Origin: a virus
Lineage: Duplodnaviria; Caudoviricetes
Reading direction: 5' to 3' (one strand)
Length of the DNA: 43,075 nt
IMG/VR virus record: IMGVR_UViG_3300037467_001389
Location: 1 to 43,075 of that record
Position 1 is the stretch's first letter. Each line of letters begins with the position of its first letter. Under the pieces are notes generated by a model. It had not been told where the DNA came from. It saw nothing but the letters and a program-made list of their open reading frames with translations, and did no database searches. The position numbers and the translations under genes are program-made. Positions 1 through 9,546 of the stretch are shown in pieces.

Positions 1-58
1 GAGCCGAAAAAAGTACGCTCGAATTGGCCAGAAGTTTTTTTTACGAGGATGCCTCACT

Positions 59-715
59 GTGAAAGGCCGCAAGGCGCAGCCAGCGTTGAACGATGCGAAG
101 GTCGATCCGGCCAAGCGCACTCGTCGCACGAAGGCGCAGAAGGCGATCGAGGCCGTCGAGCAGCGCGCGCAGCTCGCGCGCGATCGCGCTGCGCAGTTTG
201 CGGCCGGTCAGAGCGACGTGACGATGCCGGCGTTCCTCGCGGAGAATCCGCAGTATGCTGGCGCTGCCGCCGTCTGGCGCTATCACGTCGACCTGTTGAA
301 GCAGCGCAACTTCTGGGGTCCGGCGTTCATCGGACCGTTCACCGGGTTCTGCATCTACTACGACGAGTTCCTGGCTGCCGATCGCGAGGTGAAGGAGAAG
401 GGCTGGGGCATCGAGGGCAAATCAACATCGGGCGGACAGCGGTTCTGGAAAAATCCAGCGGTTGAGGTGCGCGATCATGCTTTCGCGCGGGTGCTTGAGC
501 TTTCGACGCGGTACGCATTCACGCCGCTCGACCTCTACAAGTTGGAACGCGAGTCCGCCGCGGCGCGTGGCGGTCGCGGTCCTGGCGAACAGCTCCCACT
601 ATCCGAGGATGGTGCGTCGGTGCCCGATCAGCCAGTCGCCGCGGCAGATGACAGCTTCGCGCCTGGTGCGATGACCGCCTTCGATGGCGAGCCGCCGCCA
701 GACCACTACAACTGA
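59..715 (+). CDS. terS: Terminase small subunit (P27-family-like)
   Basis: GTG start with GAGGA SD at 45-49; MKGRK N-terminus and KNPAV...FTP motif typical of P27-family TerS; directly upstream of TerL. Confidence 0.85.
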   Translation: MKGRKAQPALNDAKVDPAKRTRRTKAQKAIEAVEQRAQLARDRAAQFAAGQSDVTMPAFLAENPQYAGAAAVWRYHVDLLKQRNFWGPAFIGPFTGFCIYYDEFLAADREVKEKGWGIEGKSTSGGQRFWKNPAVEVRDHAFARVLELSTRYAFTPLDLYKLERESAAARGGRGPGEQLPLSEDGASVPDQPVAAADDSFAPGAMTAFDGEPPPDHYN

Positions 716-721
716 TCGGCG

Positions 722-2482
722 ATGTCGGATACGGCAGTCGCCGCGCCCGTGCTGGTTGCTGAGCCCGAATGGGTGACACGCGCCGCGGACGAAAGCGGAT
801 GGAAATGGGTCCGGATCAACTGGCAGCGTGCGTGCGCGCAGCCGGGGTTCTGGTACGACGAAAGAAAGGCTGACGGCGCCGTCGCCCGCTTTCCGAAATA
901 CTTCAAGCTGACGATCCTGCATTTTGCGGGCGTGCCATTCAAACCGTCGTTCTGGCAGGAATGCATCATTCGTCTGCTGTTCGGCTGCAAGATCCCGGCG
1001 GAGATCATTGATCCCCGCACGCATCGCAAGTCACGGCGCTGGGTGCGGTTGTTTCGTGAGCTGCGGTTATGGGTGCCGCGCAAGGCCGGCAAGACCGAGT
1101 TTCTCGCCGCGCTGGCATTGTTGGTTTGGTATTACGAGGGGCTGATCGGCGGTGAGGGCTACTGTTTCGCTCGCGATGAAAAGCAGGCGGCGCAAGTGTT
1201 CGGCCGGATGTCGGCGATGATCGGTTCGTCTGATCCGCTCAGCGCAGAGTTGCGGGTCTACACCGACAAGATTTGGTGTCAGTCGCTTCTGGCGCCATTC
1301 TTCCGGATTACGTCGAAGGCCGAAGGGAAGCACGGCCGCGTGCCTTACGTCACCGTCGGCGACGAAATGCACGAATGGAAGTCGCGCGACCTCGCCGACA
1401 ATCTTCGACAGGGCGAGGGACCACACCTTCAGCCGCTTCGTCTGTACGCATCAACCGCCGGTCTGACGTCTCAGACGGTCGGGCGCGAGATGTTCGACGA
1501 GAGCGTCAAAATTCTGGAGGGATCGCTCGACGATCCGACCATTCTGGTCGCGATGTTCGCGGCCGACGTCGACGAAGATTGGAAGGACGAGAAACTCTGG
1601 GCCAAGGTCAATCCGAACCTCGGCCTCAGTCCGACCATCGCGTTCATGCGACAGGAGTTTACCAAGGCGCTCGCGAACCGCGCGGCCGAGGCGAAATTCC
1701 GGTGTTACCACCTCAACCAGTGGGTGGACGAAGTCCAAGCCTGGATACGTTTGCCGGAGTGGGATGCGTGTCTGGGCGAGAAAGACGGATGGCGCGAGTG
1801 GTTCGATTCGATCGAGGAAGGCCGCGACTGTGTCGCCAGCTTCGATGCGACCGAAACCCACGACTTCGCGTCGGTCTGTCTGCGCTTCCCGCCGATCTAT
1901 CCCGGCGAGAAAACGAAGTATCTCTGGAAGTTCATGCTGCCCGAGCAAACCATCCTTGAGCGCGGGCAGCGCGAAAACCGCGCCGCCGAGTATCAGCGTT
2001 GGGTCGAAAGCGGCGCGCTGATTTCAATTCCGGGCGGTGTCTTTGAGCTCCGCTACGCCATCAAGGTGGTTCGTGAGGCCATGGCGCGCTGGAACGTGCT
2101 GCGCGTTGGTTACGATCCCTGGAATGCCACGGCATTCTACACCGAGTTGGTAAATCCGACGACCGACGATCGGCCGATCGCGGAGGACCTGTTCGTCAAG
2201 ATGCGGTTTGGTCACCAGAGCCTTGGCGAGGCGACCAGGCGGTTCGAAACGGCGATCGGCGCCGGCGCGATGCATCACGGGGGCAACCCGGTGATGCGCA
2301 TGATGGTGAAGCACTGTCACGTTCGGTTCGATGAGAACATGAACATCGTTCCGGCGAAGAAAAAATCGCGCAATGCGATCGATGGTGTTGTCGCCGCGGT
2401 AATGGCCGAGGCGCTCGCTGCGGCCTCGGCCGAGGGGCCGTCCGTCTATGAAACACGTGGGCTAGTCGAGATCGACATCTGA
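722..2482 (+). CDS. terL: Terminase large subunit
   Basis: Walker A VPRKAGKT, Walker B TVGDEMHE, STAG coupling motif, W..VNPNLG, YDPWNA and C-terminal IDGVVAAVMA nuclease motif. Confidence 0.97.
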   Translation: MSDTAVAAPVLVAEPEWVTRAADESGWKWVRINWQRACAQPGFWYDERKADGAVARFPKYFKLTILHFAGVPFKPSFWQECIIRLLFGCKIPAEIIDPRTHRKSRRWVRLFRELRLWVPRKAGKTEFLAALALLVWYYEGLIGGEGYCFARDEKQAAQVFGRMSAMIGSSDPLSAELRVYTDKIWCQSLLAPFFRITSKAEGKHGRVPYVTVGDEMHEWKSRDLADNLRQGEGPHLQPLRLYASTAGLTSQTVGREMFDESVKILEGSLDDPTILVAMFAADVDEDWKDEKLWAKVNPNLGLSPTIAFMRQEFTKALANRAAEAKFRCYHLNQWVDEVQAWIRLPEWDACLGEKDGWREWFDSIEEGRDCVASFDATETHDFASVCLRFPPIYPGEKTKYLWKFMLPEQTILERGQRENRAAEYQRWVESGALISIPGGVFELRYAIKVVREAMARWNVLRVGYDPWNATAFYTELVNPTTDDRPIAEDLFVKMRFGHQSLGEATRRFETAIGAGAMHHGGNPVMRMMVKHCHVRFDENMNIVPAKKKSRNAIDGVVAAVMAEALAAASAEGPSVYETRGLVEIDI

Positions 2483-3834
2483 TGGGTTATTTCAGCACGC
2501 TCGCACAGGCGATCATCGGCCGGCAGGAAAATGCCGGTGCCGATCGCGATCTGTCTGCCGTCCGCTTCGGACCTTCAGATGGCGTCGGCGATGACCGTGG
2601 ATGGCTTGTCCGCGCCATCGAGGGCCGAAAGAGCAAGTCATCGATTCAGGTCAGCGAATTTATCGCTCTGCACCTTCCTGTCGTTTGGGCCTGCGTCAAT
2701 CGCATCGGCAATCCGGTGGCGCGCTTCCCGGTGAAGATCATGCAGCCGAGGGCAAGCGGCTCCGGTTCTGTCGAAGTAACGCAGCACCCGATGTCGGGCA
2801 TCAGCCTACGGATGAACGAGCGTATGTCTTCGCGTAACGTTCGCAAAACCGTACAGGGTCATGCGTTACTGTGGGGTAACGGCTATTGCGAGATCCAGCG
2901 CAACCAGGCCGGCGAGGCGATCGGCCTGTGGCCGTTGATGCCGTGGGCGACAGGCCCCCGGATCGAGGGTGGCGATTTTTTCTATCGCACCACGATCGAG
3001 GGTCGGCAGTATCGGCTGGAGTCGCAAGATGTCGTTCACATCATGGATCTGTCGACCGACGGCTATATCGGCAAGTCGCAGATCACGATGGCGCGTGAGG
3101 CGATCGGCATGGCGCTGGCGATGGAAGAATTCGGCGCCAAATTCTTCGCCAATGACGCCAAGTCCGGCGGTTTCTTGATGCATCCCGGTCGCCTGTCGAC
3201 ACAGGCGCAGACGAACCTTAGCAACCCCGCGAAGAAGGGTGAGCGAACCGATGGCGGCGCCTCGCTGGAAAAGCAGGGCGGCCTGAATAACGCTCACCGC
3301 GTCAAGGTGCTTGAGGAAGGGATGAAGTTCATCCAGACGACGATCCCTCCCGAGGATTCGCAATTCCTCGGAAGTCGCGAATTCCAAACGGCCGAGATCG
3401 CGCGCATCTACGACGTCCCGCTGATCCTGTTGCAGAGCCACCAGAACACGACGACGTGGGGCAGCGGAATCGAGCAGCTGATGATCGGGTTCATTCGCCA
3501 GACCGTTGCGCCGTGGGTCGGCGCCTGGGAGCAGGAACTGAACTACAAGCTGTTCACCGCCGCCGAACGGGCGCGCGGCCTCTACGTCAAGTTCAACATG
3601 AATGAATATTTGCGCGGCGACAGCGCGGCGCGGGCCACGTTCTATCGCGAGCTGTTTCAGGTGGCCGGCATTTCGCCCAACAAGATCCTTGAGCTCGAAG
3701 ACATGGATGGCATCGGTCCCGACGGCGACGAACACTTCGTGCCGGCCAACTTCACGACATTGAAGCGCGCGGTGAATCCACCGCCGCCGCCGGCGGGTGC
3801 CGCCGTGACCGAACAGGTGAGGCAAAACGCATGA
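2482..3834 (+). CDS. HK97-family portal protein
   Basis: VWACVNRI, LLWGNGY, FFANDAKSGG, VLEEGMKF, DSQFLGSREF, EIARIYDVP and WEQELNYKL motifs; follows terL with TGATG overlap. Confidence 0.96.
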   Translation: MGYFSTLAQAIIGRQENAGADRDLSAVRFGPSDGVGDDRGWLVRAIEGRKSKSSIQVSEFIALHLPVVWACVNRIGNPVARFPVKIMQPRASGSGSVEVTQHPMSGISLRMNERMSSRNVRKTVQGHALLWGNGYCEIQRNQAGEAIGLWPLMPWATGPRIEGGDFFYRTTIEGRQYRLESQDVVHIMDLSTDGYIGKSQITMAREAIGMALAMEEFGAKFFANDAKSGGFLMHPGRLSTQAQTNLSNPAKKGERTDGGASLEKQGGLNNAHRVKVLEEGMKFIQTTIPPEDSQFLGSREFQTAEIARIYDVPLILLQSHQNTTTWGSGIEQLMIGFIRQTVAPWVGAWEQELNYKLFTAAERARGLYVKFNMNEYLRGDSAARATFYRELFQVAGISPNKILELEDMDGIGPDGDEHFVPANFTTLKRAVNPPPPPAGAAVTEQVRQNA

Positions 3835-4754
3835 AGTACGCTCACATCCTACTGATGGCGGTCGCCGAAATCTGGGCGATGCAGGCTGAGAAGCTACAAG
3901 CAATTGTCAATCTGCTGGCAATGCAGGCGGCCGGTGGAAAGTTGTCGGCCGAGGAGATCGAGGCTCGCATTACGAAACAGACCGAGCAACATGTTGCTCG
4001 CTCGGAAGGAGCCGTTGCGATCTTGCCGGTTCGCGGTGTCATTGCGAACCGGATGCCGCTCGTCAGTAATTCCTCGACAGGTGGCGGCACCAATGCCGAA
4101 CAACTCGGTTCACAATTTCAGACGATGGTCGCAGATCCATCGATCAAGGCGATCGTTCTCGACGTCGATTCCCCCGGCGGGAGCGTTGCGGGGACGAGCG
4201 AGTTGTCTGCGATGATCTTCAATGCGCGGGGGCGCAAGCCAATTGTCGCGCAAGTCAATGCGAATGCGGCGAGTGCAGCTTATTGGATCGCCAGCGCTGC
4301 AGATGAAATCGTCGTAACGCCGTCGGGACAAGTTGGGTCGATCGGCGTGTTTGGCGTGCACGATGATATTTCCAAAGCACTCGCATCGGAAGGTATCTCG
4401 CGCTCGCTTATCAGTGCCGGGAAGTTCAAGGTAGAGGGCAATCCCTTCGAACCGCTGGGCGAGGAGGCGCGCGCAGCAATGCAAGCGCGGGTTGATGTCG
4501 CCTATGACACCTTCGTGCGGGATGTTGCTCGAAATCGCGGCGTGTCGCTCACGGCGGTGCGCGATGGATTCGGTCAGGGACGCATGGTCGACGCGGCGCC
4601 GGCCGTGACCGAAGGCATGGCCGACAAAGTCGGCACGATGCAGGAGACGCTTAGCCGGTTCGGCGCGTCGCTATATCCGGCGGATAAGGCCAAGCCGGGG
4701 GCACGCGCCTTTGCCATCGCACGTGAGCGTCGGGCTCTCGATCTCAATTCCTGA
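3831..4754 (+). CDS. S49 (SppA-like) prohead maturation protease
   Basis: IVLDVDSPGG, AASAAYWIASAAD, GSIGV, SAGKFK motifs; lies between portal and capsid. Confidence 0.93.
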   Translation: MKYAHILLMAVAEIWAMQAEKLQAIVNLLAMQAAGGKLSAEEIEARITKQTEQHVARSEGAVAILPVRGVIANRMPLVSNSSTGGGTNAEQLGSQFQTMVADPSIKAIVLDVDSPGGSVAGTSELSAMIFNARGRKPIVAQVNANAASAAYWIASAADEIVVTPSGQVGSIGVFGVHDDISKALASEGISRSLISAGKFKVEGNPFEPLGEEARAAMQARVDVAYDTFVRDVARNRGVSLTAVRDGFGQGRMVDAAPAVTEGMADKVGTMQETLSRFGASLYPADKAKPGARAFAIARERRALDLNS

Positions 4755-4839
4755 ATAGTTCGCCGTTCGGCGACTTGCGCTCCCACGTGCCGGCGTGGGT
4801 TCGCTCTCTTATGCCGGCATCACACGGAGCGATTCTCCA

Positions 4840-6294
4840 ATGTTCACCAAACGCAACGTCGTTCTGTTTGCTGCGGCAGCAACGGCTTTCATCGTCTGCA
4901 GCTTGATCTGGTCTCACACCGATGCGCTCGGGGTTGCCGTTGCTGGCGGTCTCAAGATGCTGATCGCGAACCCGCCGGTGCTGGCCGCCAATCTCGGCGG
5001 AAACCTGAACGCGCTGCTGGAACGCCGCTCGACCCTTGTGGCTGATATGGCGGCGATTCTCGACAAGGCCGAGAAGGAAGATCGCGATCTCACCGCGGAA
5101 GAGATCACGGCTTACGACAAACTGAAGGGCGAAAAAGCTGCCCTCGATACTCGCATCGGTCGGTTGGAGGACGTTAGTGCGTCCGCCACTCAGCTCGCCC
5201 AGGCGCGGCCGGCGATCGCGTCGCGGGCCGGCATCGTGCATCCGCCGGCGCCGGAAGCGGCACGCGAATTCGAGAACATCGGCCAGTTCATGCATGCGGT
5301 CCGGTTCAATCCGAACGATCAGCGTCTGAACTTCGTTGAAAGCGCCGGCGGTAATCCCGACGAACTGTCCGCCGAGATGCGGATGGATAACCAGACGCAG
5401 GGCGGCTTCATGGTGCCTCCGCAGTTGCGGACCACCATTATGTCGGTCCCCGCCCAGGACGCGCTTGTTCGCCCGCGTGCGCAAGTCATCGAAGCCGGCA
5501 GTCCGCCGGATGCTGGCGTGACCATGCCGGCGCTCGACCAGACCGGTCAGAATCCGGCCAATATGTTCGGCGGCATTCAGGTTAGCTGGATCGGAGAGGG
5601 CGACGAAAAGCCCGAAACGGATGCCAAGCTGCGCGAGATCAGCTTGGTTCCGAAGGAAGTCGCCGGATTCGTCACGATCACCGACAAGTTGCTCCGCAAT
5701 TGGCAGGCCTCCAGCACCTTCATCGAAGGCCTGTTGCGTGGTGGCGTGACGGCCGCCGAGGACTTCGCCTTCCTTCGCGGCGATGGTGTCGCGCGTCCGC
5801 TCGGTATTCTCAATGCGGGCGCTGTGTACTACGTCAATCGCGCGACCGCGAACCATGTCACCTATGCCGACGTCGTCAATATGGTGGCCCGGCTGCTGAT
5901 GCGGGGTGGTACGTCGCCGCTGTGGTCGATGCCGCAGTCCGCATTGCCCGATATCGCCACGCTGAAGGACGAGGCCGGCCGCTACATCTGGAAGCCGGAT
6001 GCGCGCGATGGCTTCGCCGGTACGTTGCTGGGCTATCCGGTCCGCTGGAACAACCGCTCCTTCGGTCTCGGCACCAAGGGCGACATCATTCTTGCCGACT
6101 GGTCGTACTACCTGATCAAGGACGGTTCGGGCCCGTTCGTCGCGGCGTCCGAACACGTCAAGTTCACCTCGAACAAGACGGTCATCAAGATCTTCTGGAA
6201 CGTCGACGGTGCGCCCTGGCTCACCGCGCCGATCAAGGAAGAGAATGGCTACCAGGTCTCGCCGTTCGTCTCCCTCGACGTCCCGGCCGGCTAA
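4840..6294 (+). CDS. HK97-fold major capsid protein with delta domain and unusual hydrophobic N-terminus
   Basis: ATG 4840 with GGAG at 4826-4829; coiled-coil delta domain, GGFMVPPQ, WIGEG, GDG..RPLGILN, TLLGYPV motifs. Confidence 0.95.
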   Translation: MFTKRNVVLFAAAATAFIVCSLIWSHTDALGVAVAGGLKMLIANPPVLAANLGGNLNALLERRSTLVADMAAILDKAEKEDRDLTAEEITAYDKLKGEKAALDTRIGRLEDVSASATQLAQARPAIASRAGIVHPPAPEAAREFENIGQFMHAVRFNPNDQRLNFVESAGGNPDELSAEMRMDNQTQGGFMVPPQLRTTIMSVPAQDALVRPRAQVIEAGSPPDAGVTMPALDQTGQNPANMFGGIQVSWIGEGDEKPETDAKLREISLVPKEVAGFVTITDKLLRNWQASSTFIEGLLRGGVTAAEDFAFLRGDGVARPLGILNAGAVYYVNRATANHVTYADVVNMVARLLMRGGTSPLWSMPQSALPDIATLKDEAGRYIWKPDARDGFAGTLLGYPVRWNNRSFGLGTKGDIILADWSYYLIKDGSGPFVAASEHVKFTSNKTVIKIFWNVDGAPWLTAPIKEENGYQVSPFVSLDVPAG

Positions 6295-6313
6295 TCGCTC
6301 AACATGACAGCCT

Positions 6314-6338
6314 TCAGCCCGGCATTTCGCCGGGCTGA
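6314..6338 (+). terminator. Stem-loop after capsid gene (terminator or mRNA stabiliser)
   Basis: Perfect 10-bp inverted repeat TCAGCCCGGC/GCCGGGCTGA with 5-nt loop; weak U-tract. Confidence 0.55.
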
Positions 6339-6374
6339 TCCCCTTCCTTAATCCGTACATAGAAAGGTCCGCAC

Positions 6375-6806
6375 ATGCGTGACTTCATGAATGCGCTCCA
6401 TGTCGCGCGCGCCATCAGCCCCCAGGCGGCGCGCACCGACAACACCCCGATCGTGTCGCAGATTGTCGATCGAGCCGGGTTCGATGGTCTCGTCTTCGCG
6501 CTCAACATCGGTGTCAATACCGACGCCAACGCCACCTTTGCGGTGTTGGTCGAAGATGGCGATGCCGCCAATCTTTCGGATGCTGCGGCCGTCGATGACG
6601 CCAAGCTGACGGGAACTGAAGTGTTGGCGGGATTCACCGCCGCGGTTGACGATAACAAGGTTCGCAAGATCGGTTATGTCGGCTCGAAGCGCTACGTCCG
6701 GCTCACCATCACCCCGACAGGTAACGACGCCGGCGACATTTTCGTGACCGCGCTCGCGCTGTTGTTCGGAAGCCGGTACGCGCCCCCGGCAAATCCGCCG
6801 GTCTGA
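6375..6806 (+). CDS. Probable capsid decoration/cement protein
   Basis: 143 aa, beta-rich, GYVGSKRYVRL motif, immediately downstream of capsid; AAAGG SD. Confidence 0.65.
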   Translation: MRDFMNALHVARAISPQAARTDNTPIVSQIVDRAGFDGLVFALNIGVNTDANATFAVLVEDGDAANLSDAAAVDDAKLTGTEVLAGFTAAVDDNKVRKIGYVGSKRYVRLTITPTGNDAGDIFVTALALLFGSRYAPPANPPV

Positions 6807-6816
6807 TTGTCGCCTG

Positions 6817-6842
6817 GGGGCGGTTCATCTCTGGGCCGCCCC
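6817..6842 (+). terminator. GC-rich intergenic hairpin
   Basis: GGGGCGGTTCA-TCTC-TGGGCCGCCCC with G-U pairs. Confidence 0.4.
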
Positions 6843-6874
6843 GTATCTTCAAACTTCTATTCTGGAGAAACGTC

Positions 6875-7321
6875 ATGCGTGTTGTGGCTGAATTTGTCGA
6901 TCGGCGAAACGGGAAGCGCTATCTTCCCGGTGACGGCAACAAGATCGATCCACCCCTGACTGAGGATCAGGTCGACCGCCTCCTGGCGTCGGGCTGCCTT
7001 AAGGGTGGCGACGAAGCCGACCGGTCGAATTCGACGGCGGACAGCGTGAAGTCTCTACTGGAGGCGATGACGGTAGCCGACCTGAAGTTGCTCACGGCGT
7101 ACAACAAGATTGATCTGGGCGATGCGACCAAAAAGCCCGACCTGATCGCGAAGATCGAGGCCGAATTGGCGGCGAAAGAGCTCCGCGTCGGACCGACAGT
7201 GAGCGAGTGGGTCGCGGCCGGATACTCGGCTGCGGCCTATCCGCCGACCGGCTACGCGCTGCGCAGTTCGCAGGAAGAGATCGACGCCGCTGTTGCGGCC
7301 GAGAAAGCGCAGTCGACCTGA
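6875..7321 (+). CDS. Head-associated hypothetical protein with HeH/Rho-N-like helical module
   Basis: GGAG SD; MTVADLKLL...KKPDLIAKI resembles HeH/LEM/Rho-N modules. Confidence 0.6.
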   Translation: MRVVAEFVDRRNGKRYLPGDGNKIDPPLTEDQVDRLLASGCLKGGDEADRSNSTADSVKSLLEAMTVADLKLLTAYNKIDLGDATKKPDLIAKIEAELAAKELRVGPTVSEWVAAGYSAAAYPPTGYALRSSQEEIDAAVAAEKAQST

Positions 7322-7322
7322 C

Positions 7323-7961
7323 ATGCGCCTTGTTCAGGTAACTCCGCCGGCTGCCGAGCCGCTTACCGCTGCCGAGGCGAAATCCCGCCTCGGCATCGGA
7401 GCGGAGTTGCCCGACGATGTCATGAATGCCTTTGTCAAAGCCGCGCGCCAGACCGTTGACGGCTGGGGCGGTTGGCTCGGCCGTGCTTTGGTCCGGCAGA
7501 CCTGGAAGATGGTGCTCGACCGGTTCCCATATGATTGGGATGGCGCGATTGTCATTCCGCTGCCGCCGCTCATTTCGATCGACGAGATCAAGTACGTGGA
7601 TGTCGCCGGCAACACCCAGACGCTCGACACATCGAAGTACTCATTGCTGGTCGGCGAGCCAGCGCGGCTATCACCTGCGCCTGGTTCGACGTGGCCGGAC
7701 GTGCAGTGCCGGTTCGATGCCGTCGAAATCACCTTCACTGCCGGTTATGGTGCGGCCGGCGGCGATGTGCCGGAACCAATTCGGAGTGCGATCGCGTTGA
7801 TGGTGAGCAATCTCCGGTCGCTCTCCGCGCGCAACCTGTTCATCAGCACCGATACCGTCGAGGGAGTCGGCTCCAAGAGTTATGTGGTCGGCGGCAATGC
7901 TGGCGCCGCAATCGATTCCGCAGTGTCGTGGCTGCTCTCCACCTATCGGGTGTTCGCATGA
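7323..7961 (+). CDS. Head-tail connector/adaptor (phiE125 gp8-like)
   Basis: VTPPAAEPLT.AEAK, GRALVRQTW, LPLPPL, VEITFTAGYG, VPEPIRSAI motifs. Confidence 0.9.
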   Translation: MRLVQVTPPAAEPLTAAEAKSRLGIGAELPDDVMNAFVKAARQTVDGWGGWLGRALVRQTWKMVLDRFPYDWDGAIVIPLPPLISIDEIKYVDVAGNTQTLDTSKYSLLVGEPARLSPAPGSTWPDVQCRFDAVEITFTAGYGAAGGDVPEPIRSAIALMVSNLRSLSARNLFISTDTVEGVGSKSYVVGGNAGAAIDSAVSWLLSTYRVFA

Positions 7962-8302
7962 ACGCGGCTGAAGCGCTTGCCCAGCATCGCGCATTCCTCG
8001 CGGAAATCGGTGAGGACGTCATCGTCCGTCGCTATTCGGGAACGGGTCCGGGGCGCATCGTCATCGAGCGGATCACGCGGGCGCGGGTGAAGGGATATCA
8101 GCCCAACGAGTTGATTGGCGCAATCGTGCAGGGCGATCGAAAGGTCATCATGCTAATTGATGCCCTGGCAGACCTGCTCCCGTTATCGACGGCCGACAAG
8201 CTGGTCATTCGTGGCCGTGAAGTGGCGATTAAGGGCGTCGATGACAGCACGCGGCGGATCGGCGGGACGCTGATAGGTCTCGATCTTCGAGTCGCGGGGT
8301 GA
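7958..8302 (+). CDS. Head closure/stopper protein
   Basis: ATGA-coupled to the adaptor; 114 aa with GAIVQGDRKVI motif; position in neck module. Confidence 0.7.
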   Translation: MNAAEALAQHRAFLAEIGEDVIVRRYSGTGPGRIVIERITRARVKGYQPNELIGAIVQGDRKVIMLIDALADLLPLSTADKLVIRGREVAIKGVDDSTRRIGGTLIGLDLRVAG

Positions 8303-8305
8303 ACT

Positions 8306-8620
8306 ATGCCACTTCGTTTGCAGCGAGATGGGACGCTCGACAACGAGGACATTCCCGGTGTCGACCGCCACTACTACGAAAATCAGATTGGGCCGAAATC
8401 GCCATTCGACGACACCTATGAGTTCCGCTTGGCGGCGGCAATCGCCAAGGATAAGGCCCGACATCAACTGATCCGTGCCGTTCAGAAGGCAGACGAGGAA
8501 GCGCGCTTCAATCGTGGCAGGTTGGAAGAGTTTGCTGATATCACGACCGAAGTTGCATTCGGCACCACCAGAACGATCGATGGCGTCGAGGGCGCGCCGG
8601 ACAACGCGATCAAGCTGTGA
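8306..8620 (+). CDS. Hypothetical neck protein; possibly N-terminal half of a split tail-completion gene
   Basis: 104-aa ORF; its C-terminus TIDGVEGAP..IK resembles the segment that precedes 'IVY/IVF' in single-ORF relatives. Confidence 0.55.
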   Translation: MPLRLQRDGTLDNEDIPGVDRHYYENQIGPKSPFDDTYEFRLAAAIAKDKARHQLIRAVQKADEEARFNRGRLEEFADITTEVAFGTTRTIDGVEGAPDNAIKL

Positions 8621-9087
8621 AGATCGTCTACCGCTACGCTTACATGGCGAAGATCGTCGAAATCGCCCTTCAAGAGCTTCGCGATAGGTCCCCGATCGGC
8701 TCCGGCGACGATCCTCATCCCGGTCTTTATCGTGACAGCCACATGATCTTTATCGACGGTCACGCGGTCGCCGATGCCAGTGGGTGGCGGCCGGGACAGC
8801 AGATCAACATTTCGAACCCTGTCCCATACGCGCGAAAGATCGAAGTCGGGGAAATGAAGCTGAGCGTACCGAGCCACGTCTATGAGGTGACGGCGCAGAA
8901 GCTCGCAGGGCAGTTCGGCAATAGCGTCCTGGTCAAGTTCGTCTACATGCCTGTCCGGTTCGGGTCGGTGCAGGCTTACGCTCAATCGCTGGCCGGTCAG
9001 GCGGCCGGAAAGCGTCGCGGCGGGCGCAGCAAGGCGCTGCAAGACTGGTTGGTCCGGCAACCAGCTCTTCAAATAACAGCACGGTGA
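8617..9087 (+). CDS. Tail completion / HK97 gp10-like neck protein
   Basis: RSPIGSG..PGLYRDSH and NPVPYARKIEVG motifs; GTGA overlap with the previous ORF. Confidence 0.7.
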   Translation: MKIVYRYAYMAKIVEIALQELRDRSPIGSGDDPHPGLYRDSHMIFIDGHAVADASGWRPGQQINISNPVPYARKIEVGEMKLSVPSHVYEVTAQKLAGQFGNSVLVKFVYMPVRFGSVQAYAQSLAGQAAGKRRGGRSKALQDWLVRQPALQITAR

Positions 9088-9546
9088 ATGATGGCTGATT
9101 ACGCTGGTGCGGTGGCCGCGATGCGGTCGCGCTTTGAGGGTGCATGGTCGGAAACGCCGATCGCGTATCAGAACGAGGATACGCCGTCCTCGCCCTGGCC
9201 GCCGGTCGATAACGACAGCAAGCCGACGCCGTGGGTGTATTTCGAGGTTGTCACGTCAGAAACGAATCTGCGCGGCGCGGGTCTGCCCGGCGACAACGTT
9301 TGGCTGACGACTGGCTTCATCTTCATTCACGTGTTCACGCCACTCGGTTTCGGCCTGCCGGAATCGCTCCGGTTGGCAGGGCAGGCAGCCGAGATCTTCA
9401 GGGCAGCGACGTTCTATCGCGATGGTGCAGGGTCGAAAGTGCTTTGCTTGGCACCGAACATCGATGGCGGTGCGTCCGATGCCGACAATGGCAACTGGTT
9501 CCGGGTGACGTGCTCGGTGCCCTTCCAGTTTTTCTTCCGCAAGTGA
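9088..9546 (+). CDS. Tail terminator protein
   Basis: IAYQNE, PWVYFEV, GFIFIHVFTP.G.G motifs; precedes the tail tube gene. Confidence 0.75.
   Translation: MMADYAGAVAAMRSRFEGAWSETPIAYQNEDTPSSPWPPVDNDSKPTPWVYFEVVTSETNLRGAGLPGDNVWLTTGFIFIHVFTPLGFGLPESLRLAGQAAEIFRAATFYRDGAGSKVLCLAPNIDGGASDADNGNWFRVTCSVPFQFFFRK

Noticed and set aside
4744-6360. Long minus-strand ORFs opposite structural and early genes (also 2866-3903, 9578-10603, 12800-13807, 33712-34890)
   Set aside because: Antisense shadows of high-GC genes with strong codon bias; no SD and no recognisable motifs.
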